This document shows, piece by piece, positions 1 to 11,661 of a DNA stretch of 64,000 nt. The first letter of the stretch is position 1. Each line of letters begins with the position of its first letter. The DNA is from Eledone cirrhosa (taxonomy: Eukaryota). A program made the translations under genes and the position numbers. The stretch is taken from NCBI GenBank assembly GCA_964016885.1, contig OZ024764.1, positions 24,056,001 through 24,120,000 of the forward strand. Reading direction: 5' to 3'. The notes below the pieces were generated by a model. That model did not search any database. It was not told the DNA's origin and saw only the letters and a list, made by a program, of their open reading frames with translations.

Positions 1-376
1 TGTATGTGTGTATATACATGGGTGCATGTGTATGTATATGCACGGGGACATAGAAATAGTCGGGCTGGATACCCGACTGTGCGGTTAAACCACTGGGAGT
101 GAAGGACCCCTAGCCTTTGTCAGAGAGAGAGAGAAAGAAAGAGAGGTGTTGGAACAACAGAGTTTGGAAATCAAATATGGACAGCCCTCTTTCTCTTCCA
201 CACTTTCTATTCCCTGAAGAAGGACCTATGTCTGACACTTCAAAAGCCTCAATTCCCTCTTCCTAAGCGTGATACTAATAAGACTTTGTGTTTGTCTTCT
301 TTATATACAGAAATATATAAAATATACAGAAATATATAAAATGTTGTAGTTTGCTTGAAGCATTGCATATAATATA

Positions 377-545
377 TAACTGTTTCTACTTTAGGCACAA
401 GGCCAGCAATTTCCCCAGTACATTACTGGTACTTTATTTTATCGACCCCGTAAGGATGAAAGGCAAAGTTAACCTCGGCGGGATTTGAACTCAGACCGCA
501 AAGGGACGTAACTATGCTGGAAAGCATGGTGTCCGACCCTCTACC
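377..545 (+). mobile_element. Short interspersed repeat (SINE-like family A: tttctact.taggcacaaggcc...atcgaccccgtaaggatgaaaggcaaagt...gatttgaactcag)
   Basis: Five close copies in the window: ~377-545 (+), ~14330-14520 (-), ~21795-21915 (-), ~30105-30276 (-), ~53625-53805 (+); boundaries approximate. Confidence 0.75.
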
Positions 546-921
546 GATACTGCCAATCCACCACCCTAACATGGTGTCCGACCCTCTACCGATACTGCCA
601 ATCCACCACCCTAGCATGGTGTCCGACCCTCTACCGATACTGCCAATCCACCACCCTAACATGGTGTCCGACCCTCTACCGATACTGCCAATCCACCACC
701 CTAGCATGGTGTCCGACCCTCTACCGATACTGCCAATCCACCACCCTAGCATGGTGTCCGACCCTCTACCGATACTGCCAATCCACCACCCTAGCATGGT
801 GTCCGACCCTCTACCGATACTGCCAATCCACCACCCTAGCATGGTGTCCGACCCTCTACCGATACTGCCAATCCACCACCCTAGCATGGTGTCCGACCCT
901 CTACCGATACTGCCAATCCAC
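526..921. repeat. 45-bp tandem repeat (~9 copies) amplified from the 3' part of the family-A SINE
   Basis: Unit catggtgtccgaccctctaccgatactgccaatccaccaccctag; single copies of this sequence are part of the SINEs at 14330-14375 and 53770-53803. Confidence 0.9.
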
Positions 922-1039
922 TGCCCAACCACCATTGTCATGGCTTTCAAACTTCAAATTCTTTATATATCTATATATATATCTATATATATATATAAAG
1001 TTGTATTATATATATATATATGTATATATAATACAGTTG

Positions 1040-1091
<52 letters not shown>

Positions 1092-1189
1092 CAATATATA
1101 TATATTGTATTATATATATATTATATATATATATATATATAATAATATAGTTGTATTATATATATATATCTATATATTTATATATATAC

Positions 1190-1425
1190 ACGACAAAAAA
1201 ACACACAGTCCACGCTGTAATGTGGCCGTGTAGGCAACACGGTAAAAACCTCCCAGACCCACACTGTAAACGTGGTTGGTGTTAGGAAGGGCATCCAAGT
1301 GTAGAAAACCCGCCAGACAGTCCTATGCGAGCAAGACAATCACTCTTGCCTCAAGTGGGACTACCCCCGTCCAAACCCATGCAAGCGTGGAACACGGACG
1401 TTAAACGTTGATGATGATGATGATG
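1190..1425 (+). mobile_element. RTE LINE 3'-UTR fragment with (GAT)n tail
   Basis: Reverse complement of 7855-8095; ends ggacgttaaacgttgatgatgat; embedded in (TA)n. Confidence 0.85.
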
Positions 1426-1479
1426 ATATATATATATATATATATAGATATATATATATATATATAGATATATAGATAT

Positions 1480-1965
1480 ATATAAAGTTGTATTTTTGTC
1501 TGTTTGTTTGTTTGTTCACGAACTCCTCCTATGGTTTTGGAGATGGACCCCCATAACCATATATATTCTGAAACTACATTGCCAAGCGTGCTTGGGTAAG
1601 TATATTTCAGCAAATTTCAATACTATTAAGACACCCTAATGGTGGTTAAACCCCCTATTAGGGTTCCCCGGAGGCACAAAACCCTGTAAATAACAACATG
1701 ATGCCTATTCACAAAAATTTTGAATTGATATTTTGAAAAAAACTATTTACAAGAAACAAAATAAGAATAAGATTTAATAATGTAATTTTGATTTGATATA
1801 TTACAAAAAATAATGTTTTCCAATTTTTCATGCATTACATTTTACACTGAGTAACATTGAAATGCAGAGTTTTTCCCCATAAATTATATCACTGATTTAA
1901 AATCAACATTTTCTTACAAAAAAAATGTGTGAAACACAGCATGGTGCGGGTAATTTGGATAGTAT
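1480..1965 (-). mobile_element. Putative non-autonomous Helitron/DINE-like element
   Basis: Minus strand begins tactatccaaattacccgcacc and ends in (aaac)n acag...ctttatata, the same end architecture as 31003-31785. Confidence 0.4.
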
Positions 1966-2071
1966 ATATATAAATGTATATCTGTATGTGTGTACATGTG
2001 TGTGTTTATTTTTGTATGTATATTTGTATATATATGTATGTAGTGTGTCTATTGATGTATATGTATATATA

Positions 2072-2685
2072 CAGGGTGTGGACGATATTTGTTCGCAATT
2101 TTTACTTCCGTTGTCACTCTTGTCTTCATAAAAACAGTGACTATATTTCTATTATTTATTTTCAGAATAATTGATTATGAATAATTTTGAACCTCCAAAT
2201 TTGTGGAAGAGACACGGAGTTCTTCTTGGAATCCGTGCCTGGAGGACAAATAAGGACCAGAAGATCAACTCCCAGAACAACAGGTGGCTCGCTGTCTCAT
2301 CCAAAGACCTGCCCAGAGTCATGCAGACAAAGTTTCCAGCGACAGCATTGGTCTTAGGTGTCATCAGCAGTCAAGGTGACGTCAAGCCACCTCACTTCTT
2401 CCCTGAGGGCCTCAAGCTGAACACCGATGGCTACATCCACGTTCTGAGCGAGGTAATAAAGCCCTGGATCGACCAGGTAGCTGCAGGTAGACCGTACGTG
2501 TGACAGCAAGACTCAGCGCCCTGCTATACCAGCCGATAGACCCAAGCCTGGCTGTCAGAGAACTTCGTCGACCACACTTCACCTGACATCTGGCCTCCCA
2601 GCTCGCCTGACTGCAACCCCCTCGACTTCTTTGTGTGGGGTGCAGTGGAACGAGACACCAACAGATCTAGCTGCAATATGAAAGA
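2072..2685 (+). mobile_element. Truncated, internally deleted Tc1/mariner DD37D (maT) transposon
   Basis: TA + left TIR cagggtgtggacgatatttgttcgcaa; transposase remnant YV*QQDSAP...WPPSSPDCNPLDFFVWG with 37 residues between the last two Asp; stop codons; right end lost. Confidence 0.85.
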
Positions 2686-3124
2686 CATCCATCTTCCACG
2701 CTTGCATGGGTTTGGACGGGAGTTTTCCCACTTGAGGCAAGAGTGGTTGTCTTGCTCGCATAGGACTGTCTGGCGGGTTTTCTACGGCTGGATGCCCTTC
2801 CTAACACCAACCACGTTTACAGTGTGGACTGGGAGGTTTTTACCGTGTTACCTACACGGCCACATTACAGCGTCGACTGTGTTTTTTTGTCGTGACACCT
2901 ACACGAACTCATTTGTTTCGGACTGGATGTTGTGGTACCAACATAACTTTAGATTGAAAGGGGTGGTGTGGATGGGGTGGTGGTAGTGGGACGGGGGTGT
3001 ATTTTGTTAGAGGTGCCTACTGACTGTAGTAGGTTTCACTTTGTACTTAGGTAAGGCAGGTCTTCTGTATTACTGTGTAGCGCCAAAGATCTCGGTCCAG
3101 TGACATTGTCTTGGAGAGGTGTAA

Positions 3125-3128
<4 letters not shown>
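2686..3128 (-). mobile_element. RTE LINE 3' fragment (ORF end + 3' UTR)
   Basis: Encodes [21 protein letters not shown] as in the RTE ORF ending at 8253, followed by the same 3' UTR. Confidence 0.9.
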
Positions 3129-3207
<79 letters not shown>

Positions 3208-3227
3208 GTGTGTCTATTGATGTATGT

Positions 3228-3275
<48 letters not shown>

Positions 3276-3403
3276 ATCTGTATAGATATATATATATGTG
3301 TGTGTGTGTATATATATATATCCATGTATATAGATTCATAAAACAACAACATCAATGATGAAATAAGCTAATTAATTAATTAATAAACCTAATTAATACT
3401 AAC

Positions 3404-3510
3404 ACTGGTGAAAAAACCCATCTTCTTCTTTAGTTCTTCATATTGTTCCTGCAGTTGGTAGTTCTCAATACGTAATTGTCGCACCATCTTCTCTGCTTCA
3501 CTGTTTTCAG
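3404..3510 (-). CDS. RPGRIP1L: RPGRIP1L coding exon (107 nt; A-ENSEAEKMVRQLRIENYQLQEQYEELKKKMGFFTS)
   Basis: ttctcag acceptor, AGT|gttagt donor; phase 1 to 0, compatible with the previous exon; resembles '[35 protein letters not shown]'. Confidence 0.88.
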
Positions 3511-3539
3511 CTGAGAATGTAACAACATGGCAATAAATA

Positions 3540-3613
3540 GACACACACACACATATATATATATACATACACACACACATATATACACACACACACATAT
3601 ATATATATACACT

Positions 3614-3645
<32 letters not shown>

Positions 3646-3980
3646 CACTCACACACACATATATATATATATATATATGTATATACACTCACACACACAC
3701 ATATATATATATATGTATATACACTCACACTCACACACATATATATATATATATATGTATATACACTCACACACACATATATATATATATATATATGTAT
3801 ATACACTCACACACACATATATATATATGTATATACACTCACACACACACATATATATATATGTATATACACTCACACACACATATATATATATATATAT
3901 GTATATACACTCACACATATATATATATATATATATGTATATACACTCACACACACATATATATATATATATATGTATAT

Positions 3981-4012
<32 letters not shown>

Positions 4013-4032
4013 GTATATACACTCACACACAT
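3540..4032. repeat. (CA)n/(TA)n compound microsatellite, interrupted by the CR1-group LINE and continuing at 6207-7475
   Basis: Same tatatgtatatacactcacacacaca motif on both sides of the LINE. Confidence 0.9.
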
Positions 4033-6206
4033 ATAACTTTGAATAACTTTGAAATGTTTTGGCCAGTATTGGCCCAGGCCATGTCTAACTTAATAGCACC
4101 ACCTGGCGAAGTCTTTCAATTCAGGATTTGGGCACCATGGCCCATTCGAGAAGAGAATTACTGTTTGCGGAGACATATCCGGGTGTGGGTGGTTTGTCCG
4201 GGATTACTTGGAGGAATTTGTCCAAAGACTTCTTGAATTTTGTGTGGTCAGTTTCTGTTTTGACGTGTCCTGGTGTGATGTTGAAGAGAGCAGGGCCGAT
4301 TGAGGTGAAATAATTGTGCCGTATTGTTGTTATGAGTTGCGATTTAGATTTTTGAATGGGACGGATAGCACGGGGCCCAAGCCTTGGGTGTATCTTGAAG
4401 GCGATGCCAACATCATTTGGGCAGTGATGATGGAACATTTTCCACATCATGCAGATAATATAACGCTCACGGCGACGTTGGAGTGAGTAAAGTTTCAGGT
4501 TTTCTAATCGACCCCAGTAGTCAAGGTCTGACATGCCATCTATCTTTTTCGTGATTGCCCTTTGAGGAGCTTCAAGTTTCATGATACTTTGTTTCGTGTG
4601 GGGAGACCACAGTGGACAACAGTATTCAAGGTGTGGTCGGGCAAAAGTAGAGAAGAGAAGGATAATGGTGCGGGAATCTCTCGACTGGAAGGTTCTGAGG
4701 ATCCAGGAACACATTCTGCGGGCCATGTCAACTTTGCTGCTTATATGCGTGGTCCAGCTTATGTTGCTGTCCACGGTTACTCCCAAGTCTCTGATGTTGT
4801 TAGATGCCACGAGAGTTTCCCCGGAGGGAAGGGAGTACGGGAGTTTCAGAGCATCCTCTTTTCCAAAGTGGATCAGTTCGAATTTGTCTTCGTTCAGTAA
4901 CATGTTGTTCTTTTCCGCCCATTGGGTAACAGCCAGTAGGTCTGACTGAAGGCTTATCCGGTCATCCGCGCCATTGATGACCTTTTGGAGCTTGGAATCA
5001 TCAGCGAAAATTTTAATGTTGCTGTGTTTGATGATGTCAGTGATGTCATTAATATAGATGATGAAGAGAAGTGGGCCCAACACAGTGCCTTGTGGGACCC
5101 CACTACTGACTTTGGCTGGGCTGGATTTGACTCCCTCAACTACAATATGTTGGGTTCTGTTTGACAGGAAGCTCTTGATCCACTGCAGCAGCTTTCCAGT
5201 GACACCAATATTGGACAGCTTTCTCAGTAGAATGTTATGATCAACCCTGTCAAAGGCCTTGCTGAAATCAAGGTAGATAACATCAGTGTTGGAACCCTCT
5301 CCCAAGGCTCTCAAAATGTCATCAAAGTGATGCAGTAGCTGCGTCAGGCAATCCCTTCCATTACGGAATCCATGCTGGTTGGAGTTCAGCATATTGTTAC
5401 TCTCAAGGAAGTGGGTCATTCGCGATCTCACCACTCTCTCAAATACCTTAATGATATGAGAGGTGAGTGAGATTGGACGGTAATTCACGGCAAGGGATTT
5501 GTTTCCCTTTTTGAAAACTGGGACAACAGACTGGGATAGAAGGTTTTCTGGCACATATCCAGCATCCAGTGAGTTCCGCCACAGATTGGCAAGAGGAGAT
5601 GCAAGTTGGTGTTGACACGCCTTCAAGACACAAGCAGGGAACCTATCGGGACCTACTGCTGAATTATGCTTGATTTCCTTTATTGCCGCCAAGACATCAG
5701 GGGCGCCAAACGTTATGTCCGATAAGGTGTAATGGGGAGTAACATCGCCGATACAGCCCGGATCGGCCATATCAGGATTGCTGAAAACAGAGCAGTATTG
5801 TTTCTGCAGTATCTCACCCATGGTTTTAGCATTGTCTTGAAGAGTGCCATTTTCATCAATTAGAGGGCCAACAGTAGAGCCAGTGATTTTGTGTTTTTTT
5901 GCAAATGAAAAGAACACTTTGGGATTGAGTTTGATCTTTTCAATGGCCCAGGCCTCCTCAGCTCTTCTCTGATTGTTGATGAGGGACATTATGTTGTTTT
6001 GGAGGTTATGTTTTTTAATCTCTAGTGATGAAATGGCAGTCAAGTTGATGTGTTGCTGCTGACAGTATTTCAGCTTGTTGATTTTTTTGTTCGTTCTCTT
6101 AATTTTTCTGATGAGCGTTTTTCTATTTCTAGGGATTCTGCTCTTAGATTTGTTTATAGTTCTTAATGGGGTGTGTTTAGCACATATGTTTGTAACAGTG
6201 TCCACA
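4033..6206 (-). mobile_element. 5'-truncated CR1/L2-group LINE with uninterrupted RT ORF
   Basis: NYRPISLTS, NQHGFR, YLDFSKAFD, GVPQGTVLGPLLF, FADD, RPHLEYCCPLWSP motifs; no endonuclease domain; short 3' UTR ending in tandem ttcaaagtta; inserted in a microsatellite. Confidence 0.9.
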
Positions 6207-6264
6207 AATATATATATGTATATACACTCACACACACATATATATATATATATGTATATACACT

Positions 6265-6316
<52 letters not shown>

Positions 6317-6470
6317 CACTCACACACACATATATATATATATATATATGTATATACACACACACACACACATATATATATATATGTATATACACTCACA
6401 CACACACGCATATATATATATGTATATACACTCACACACACATATATATATATATATATGTATATACACT

Positions 6471-6510
<40 letters not shown>

Positions 6511-7069
6511 CACACACACACACATATATATATATATGTATATACACTCACACACACATATATATATATATGTATATACACTCACACACACATATATATA
6601 TATGTATATACACTCACACACACACACATATATATATATGTATACACTCACACACACATATATATATATATATATGTATATAAACACACACACACACATA
6701 TATATATATGTATATATGTATATACACTCACACACACATATATATATATATGTATATACACTCACACACACATATATATATATCTGTATATACACTCACA
6801 CACATATATATATATATATATGTATATACACTCACACACACACACATATATATATATATATGTATATACACTCACACACACATACACATATATATATATA
6901 TATACACTCACACACACACACATATATATATACATACACACACACATATATACACACATACACACACACATATATATATATACATACACACACATATATA
7001 CATACACACATATATATACATACACACACACCTATACATACATACACACACACATATATATATATACAT

Positions 7070-7102
<33 letters not shown>

Positions 7103-7131
7103 CATACACACACACACATATATATATACAT

Positions 7132-7198
<67 letters not shown>

Positions 7199-7439
7199 CA
7201 TACACGCACACACATATATATATACATACACACACACACATATATATATATACATATACACACACACATATATATATATATATACACATACACACAGACA
7301 TATATAAACACACACACACATATAAACATACACACACGCACGTATATATATATACATACACACACATATATACATACACACACATATATACATACACACA
7401 CACACACATATACATACACACACACACATATATATATAT

Positions 7440-7475
<36 letters not shown>
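6207..7475. repeat. (CA)n/(TA)n compound microsatellite
   Basis: Direct inspection. Confidence 0.95.
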
Positions 7476-8252
7476 TGTTATACTTGGGGAGGGTCATAGT
7501 GTTGTAATAATATTGCCAGAAATAATAACACACTCACTGTTTGGTTGGTTTTCACTTCTGTATGTTTTATATCTCCATAGTTAATTCATTTGACCATCAA
7601 TGTTTATCATTGACTGACCAACGGTCAAAAATACAGATATAAATATATATATATAGTCTAACAAAGATCTTTCATCACACATCTGTGACATCATCAGTAG
7701 AACTATTATCATGTTCCCTCCTATTGTGTTGTGTTTACACCATTCCTAATTGTAGGTCATTTTGCTTGGCCACAGCCAAAACTTCGATTTTACTAAAGCT
7801 TCCACTTGTATATATATATATATATATATATACATATATATACATATATACATATCATCATCATCATCATCATCAACGTTTAACGTCCGTGTTCCACGCT
7901 TGCATGGGTTTGGACGGGGGTAGTCCCACTTGAGGCAAGAGTGATTGTCTTGCTCGCATAGGACTGTCTGGCAGGTTTTCTACAGTTGGATGCCCTTCCT
8001 AACACCAACCACATTTACAGTGTGGGTCTGGGAGGTTTTTACCGTGTTGCCTACACGGCCACATTACAGCGTGGACTGTGTGTTTTTTTGTCGTGACACC
8101 TACACGATCTCATTTGTTTCGGCCTCGATGGCGCGGCACCAACATAACTTTACATAGAACGGGGTGGTGTGGATCGGGTAGGGGTGGGGGTGGTGGGACG
8201 GGGTGTATTTTGTTAGAGATGCCTACTGGCTGGAGTAGGTTTTACTATATAT

Positions 8253-11200
8253 TTAGGTAAGGCGGGTCTTCTCTGTTACTGAGTACCGCCAAAGGTCTCG
8301 GTCCAGTGACATTGTCTTGGAGAGGTGTAAGTGTGTGATGTCGGAGTTTATCAGCTCGTCCCAGGTTTTTCTAGGTCTGCCTATTCCGTGACTACCGTCT
8401 ATCTTTATTGCCCTGCACTTTGTTATACAGCTATCGACTTTCATGCGCATCACGTGTCCATACCAACGTAGCCTTCTCTCGAGTAAACAACATCTGATCC
8501 CTCTTATCTCTAATTTTTTCCTTAGTTCGTTTATGCTTTGCCGTTCACGTATATTACTGTTACACATCCAGCGGAGCATGCAAGCTTCGTTCCTCTCTAG
8601 TCTGCGTATATCCTCTGCACACAATGCCCAGGTCTCACTGCCATGCAGCATTGCTGTTCGTATGCAGGCATCGTACAACCTGCCTTTCATTTTTAGTGAG
8701 AACCCTTTAGCAGCTAATAGTGGTATAAGCTCTCTGAACTTTTTCCAACCAGTTCTGACTCTAGCTACAGTACTTTCAGAGCACCCTCCCCCACTGCTGA
8801 TTTTATCGCCCAGGTAACGGAAGCTGTCCACTATTTCTATAGAACCCTCTGCGCAATTGAAAGAGCTAGTAGTTTGTGGGCACTTGCTGCTACTTATTGC
8901 ACCAGAGCACCGGCCACATGTAAAATCTATGTTCTTAGTTAGCTTACCTGTGATCCCACTACATCTTTTATGCACCCATACTTTGCATTTAGCACATAAA
9001 ATGGAGTTTCTACCTACGCCTTTCCTACACACCGAGCACGACCATTTCCCAGAAGGGACCGCCGCCTTGTTTTCTTTCCTACAAACTAGTACTTTGGTCT
9101 TAGCCAGGTTAATTTTAAGTCCTTTTGACTCTAGGCCGTGCTTCCATGTTTGGAATTTCTTCTCTAGCTCGGCCATTGATTCCGCTATGAGTGTCAGGTC
9201 GTCTGCATATAGGAGTTCCCATGGGCAGCCTGTCTTGAACTCCTCTGTTATAGCCTGAAGGGCAATAATAAATAGTAGTGGACTGAGAACAGAGCCCTGA
9301 TGGACGCCGACTTTTACGCTAAACTCTTCACTATATTCGTTGTTAATTCTAACCTTGCTGACTGTTTCTTTATACATGGCTTGTATAGCCCTCACAAGCC
9401 ATTCGTCAACGCCTAGTTTTCTAAGAGCCCACCAGATAATGGAGCGGGGGACTCTGTCGAAGGCTTTCTCCAAGTCGACAAAAGCTAAGTAGAGGGGTTT
9501 ACCTTTAGCTAGGTACTTCTCCTGTAGTTGTCGTACTATGAAAAGAGCGTCTGTGGTACTTTTGCCTGACACAAACCCGAACTGCATTTCATCTAGGTCA
9601 ATTCTCTCTCTGATTAGTTGCGCTATTACTCTTTCCGTGACCTTCATGACCTGGTCGATTAATTTAATGCCTCTATAGTTACTCCTATCTAGGGCGTCTC
9701 CTTTACCCTTATAACAGTTAACGATGATGCTGCTATGCCAGTCCTTCGGAACAACCCCATTCTGTACGACTTGGTTAACTATGCGGGTGACCATGGTGTG
9801 TCCCACCGTGCCAGATGCCTTCAGCATCTCAGCAACTATTTCCGAAGGCCCAGCCGCCTTACCAGTCTTCATATCCTTGATTGCCTTACTTATTATACTC
9901 CCCTCGACTAACACTGCTGGTCCCTCTATTGGGTCGATATGGGGGAGACTGCCTTTCTCCCAATTATTCTCCTCATTTAGAAGCCTTTCATAGTGACACT
10001 TCCAAGCTACCTTCTTATCAGCGTCGGTGATGGCAAGTGTGCCATCGTCGTTTAGTACACACTTCTCCCCGACAATATCACGGTTTTCCTTGACGCATTG
10101 CCTAGCAATCCTGAACACCTCACGTTTTTGGTCATCGCGTTGTAGAACATGCTTGAACTTTCTTTCCTCAGCTTCCCTTCTTGCTAAGTACACTTGTCTC
10201 CTAGCTTCCCTCCTGGCCACTTGATAGTCCTCTCTACTTCCCCCATCCCGCCATACTTTCCAAGCCTGCTTTTTGGCCTTAATTGACCCCTCCACCTTAC
10301 TGTTCCACCACCATGTTACTCTCCTCCTGCCTACAGGCCTGCTCCAGCCACAGACCTCGTCTGTCGCCAACAGCAGGTTTGCTTTCAGAAATTCCCACTC
10401 TCCCTCTATATTGTCCGACTCTAAATGTTCTTCCTTACTGTCGAAAGCATCAAGTAATATGCTTTGAAATTTATTCCTGGCTGTGGGGTCCTTTAGCTTC
10501 CATATTTTCCTCCTGAGGATAGTCCTCTTCTGTTGTCGAGTACGTCTCGTCCTGACTATGAGGTCGCTAATTATCAGTCTATGTTGGGAGGTGCATTCTT
10601 CATGGGGGAGGGATTTAGTGTTAACAACAGACACTCTGTCACGTCTTCTGGTAAGGATATAATCTACCTGGCTTGTGTGTTCCCCGGATCTATAGGTGAT
10701 CAGGTGATTGTCACGTTTTTTGAAGTTAGTGTTACAGATAGTTAGGTTATTTGCATCACAGAATTCCAGGATTCTGGAGCCTTCCTCATTTCTAGTACCA
10801 AACCCATAGCCTCCATGGATTTCGTCGTAGCCGTCACAATGTTGTCCAACGTGACCATTTAGGTCGCCTGCGATAATTATATAGTCACTGTCGGATATTT
10901 GGGAGGTAGTTAGCATCAGTGTCTCATAGAATCTGTCTTTTATAGTGCCGGGCAGTCCGGATTGGGGTGCGTACGCAGATATTACTGTCACCGTAGTTCT
11001 ATTGAGGACAAGTCGTATTTTAATTATTCTGTCGTTCACTCTATTTACGTCTATTATCTTATCTGCCCACTTTTCTGCTACCATGATTCCTACTCCACCC
11101 AGCCCATCGTCGTTTCCCACCCAGAAAAGCTTATAACAACGTTTTTTACCCTCAATGAACCTAGCAGACCCACCCCTCCACCTGGTCTCTTGAATACAAC

Positions 11201-11624
11201 AAACATCGACCTCCTTACGTTCAAGCATTTCTACAACCTCGTTAGCGCGACCCTTTAGGGTGCCTACATTTATGGTACCAACTCTGAAGTTTTGGATTGC
11301 GTTTGGGGGTTGGGGGCGGTGAGGGGCGGGGGGCGATGGGGTTATGTTAGCCGTCCGCGGTCGAAACAATGAGGAGTGCTCGCATTCTCGTCCAAGGGGT
11401 GAATTTGTCTTTATCTTTGGCATTGTCGCTGAGCGTCCAGATTTTTCTCTCTCACCTCCACTCTCCAGGATTCCGCAGTCCATCCATCCATCATATATCG
11501 TATATCGTATATCGAAAGGCAACCAGGCAAGCGATAGTATAGGCCTCTGGTTTCTGATTGGTCCGCGTAATAATACTGGTGATGCGTGGGGGCTCTGTTT
11601 TATGATTGGTCCACGTAATAGCAA
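8253..11624 (-). CDS. RTE LINE ORF: APE endonuclease + reverse transcriptase + C4HC3 (PHD-type) finger; true start may be MPKIK at ~11423
   Basis: APE motifs GTINVGTL, CIQETRW, SAYAPQ, AGDLNGH, VDYIL, SQHRL; RT motifs NYRGIKL, FVDLEKAFD, GVHQGSVLSPLLF, YADD; RTE-type C-terminus RRLRWYGHVMR...GRPRKTW; no stops over ~1050 codons. Confidence 0.93.
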   Translation of the reverse strand: MLLRGPIIKQSPHASPVLLRGPIRNQRPILSLAWLPFDIRYTIYDGWMDCGILESGGEREKSGRSATMPKIKTNSPLGRECEHSSLFRPRTANITPSPPAPHRPQPPNAIQNFRVGTINVGTLKGRANEVVEMLERKEVDVCCIQETRWRGGSARFIEGKKRCYKLFWVGNDDGLGGVGIMVAEKWADKIIDVNRVNDRIIKIRLVLNRTTVTVISAYAPQSGLPGTIKDRFYETLMLTTSQISDSDYIIIAGDLNGHVGQHCDGYDEIHGGYGFGTRNEEGSRILEFCDANNLTICNTNFKKRDNHLITYRSGEHTSQVDYILTRRRDRVSVVNTKSLPHEECTSQHRLIISDLIVRTRRTRQQKRTILRRKIWKLKDPTARNKFQSILLDAFDSKEEHLESDNIEGEWEFLKANLLLATDEVCGWSRPVGRRRVTWWWNSKVEGSIKAKKQAWKVWRDGGSREDYQVARREARRQVYLARREAEERKFKHVLQRDDQKREVFRIARQCVKENRDIVGEKCVLNDDGTLAITDADKKVAWKCHYERLLNEENNWEKGSLPHIDPIEGPAVLVEGSIISKAIKDMKTGKAAGPSEIVAEMLKASGTVGHTMVTRIVNQVVQNGVVPKDWHSSIIVNCYKGKGDALDRSNYRGIKLIDQVMKVTERVIAQLIRERIDLDEMQFGFVSGKSTTDALFIVRQLQEKYLAKGKPLYLAFVDLEKAFDRVPRSIIWWALRKLGVDEWLVRAIQAMYKETVSKVRINNEYSEEFSVKVGVHQGSVLSPLLFIIALQAITEEFKTGCPWELLYADDLTLIAESMAELEKKFQTWKHGLESKGLKINLAKTKVLVCRKENKAAVPSGKWSCSVCRKGVGRNSILCAKCKVWVHKRCSGITGKLTKNIDFTCGRCSGAISSSKCPQTTSSFNCAEGSIEIVDSFRYLGDKISSGGGCSESTVARVRTGWKKFRELIPLLAAKGFSLKMKGRLYDACIRTAMLHGSETWALCAEDIRRLERNEACMLRWMCNSNIRERQSINELRKKLEIRGIRCCLLERRLRWYGHVMRMKVDSCITKCRAIKIDGSHGIGRPRKTWDELINSDITHLHLSKTMSLDRDLWRYSVTEKTRLT

Positions 11625-11661
11625 TGGTGGTGTGTGGGGGTGGGAGGGAGGGGTGTTGGGT

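Noticed and set aside
7650-7710. Minus-strand hammerhead (CTGATGAtgtcacagatgtgtgatGAAAgatcttt)
   Set aside because: Core and stem II present, but the cleavage triplet and stem I register do not fit; at best a decayed copy
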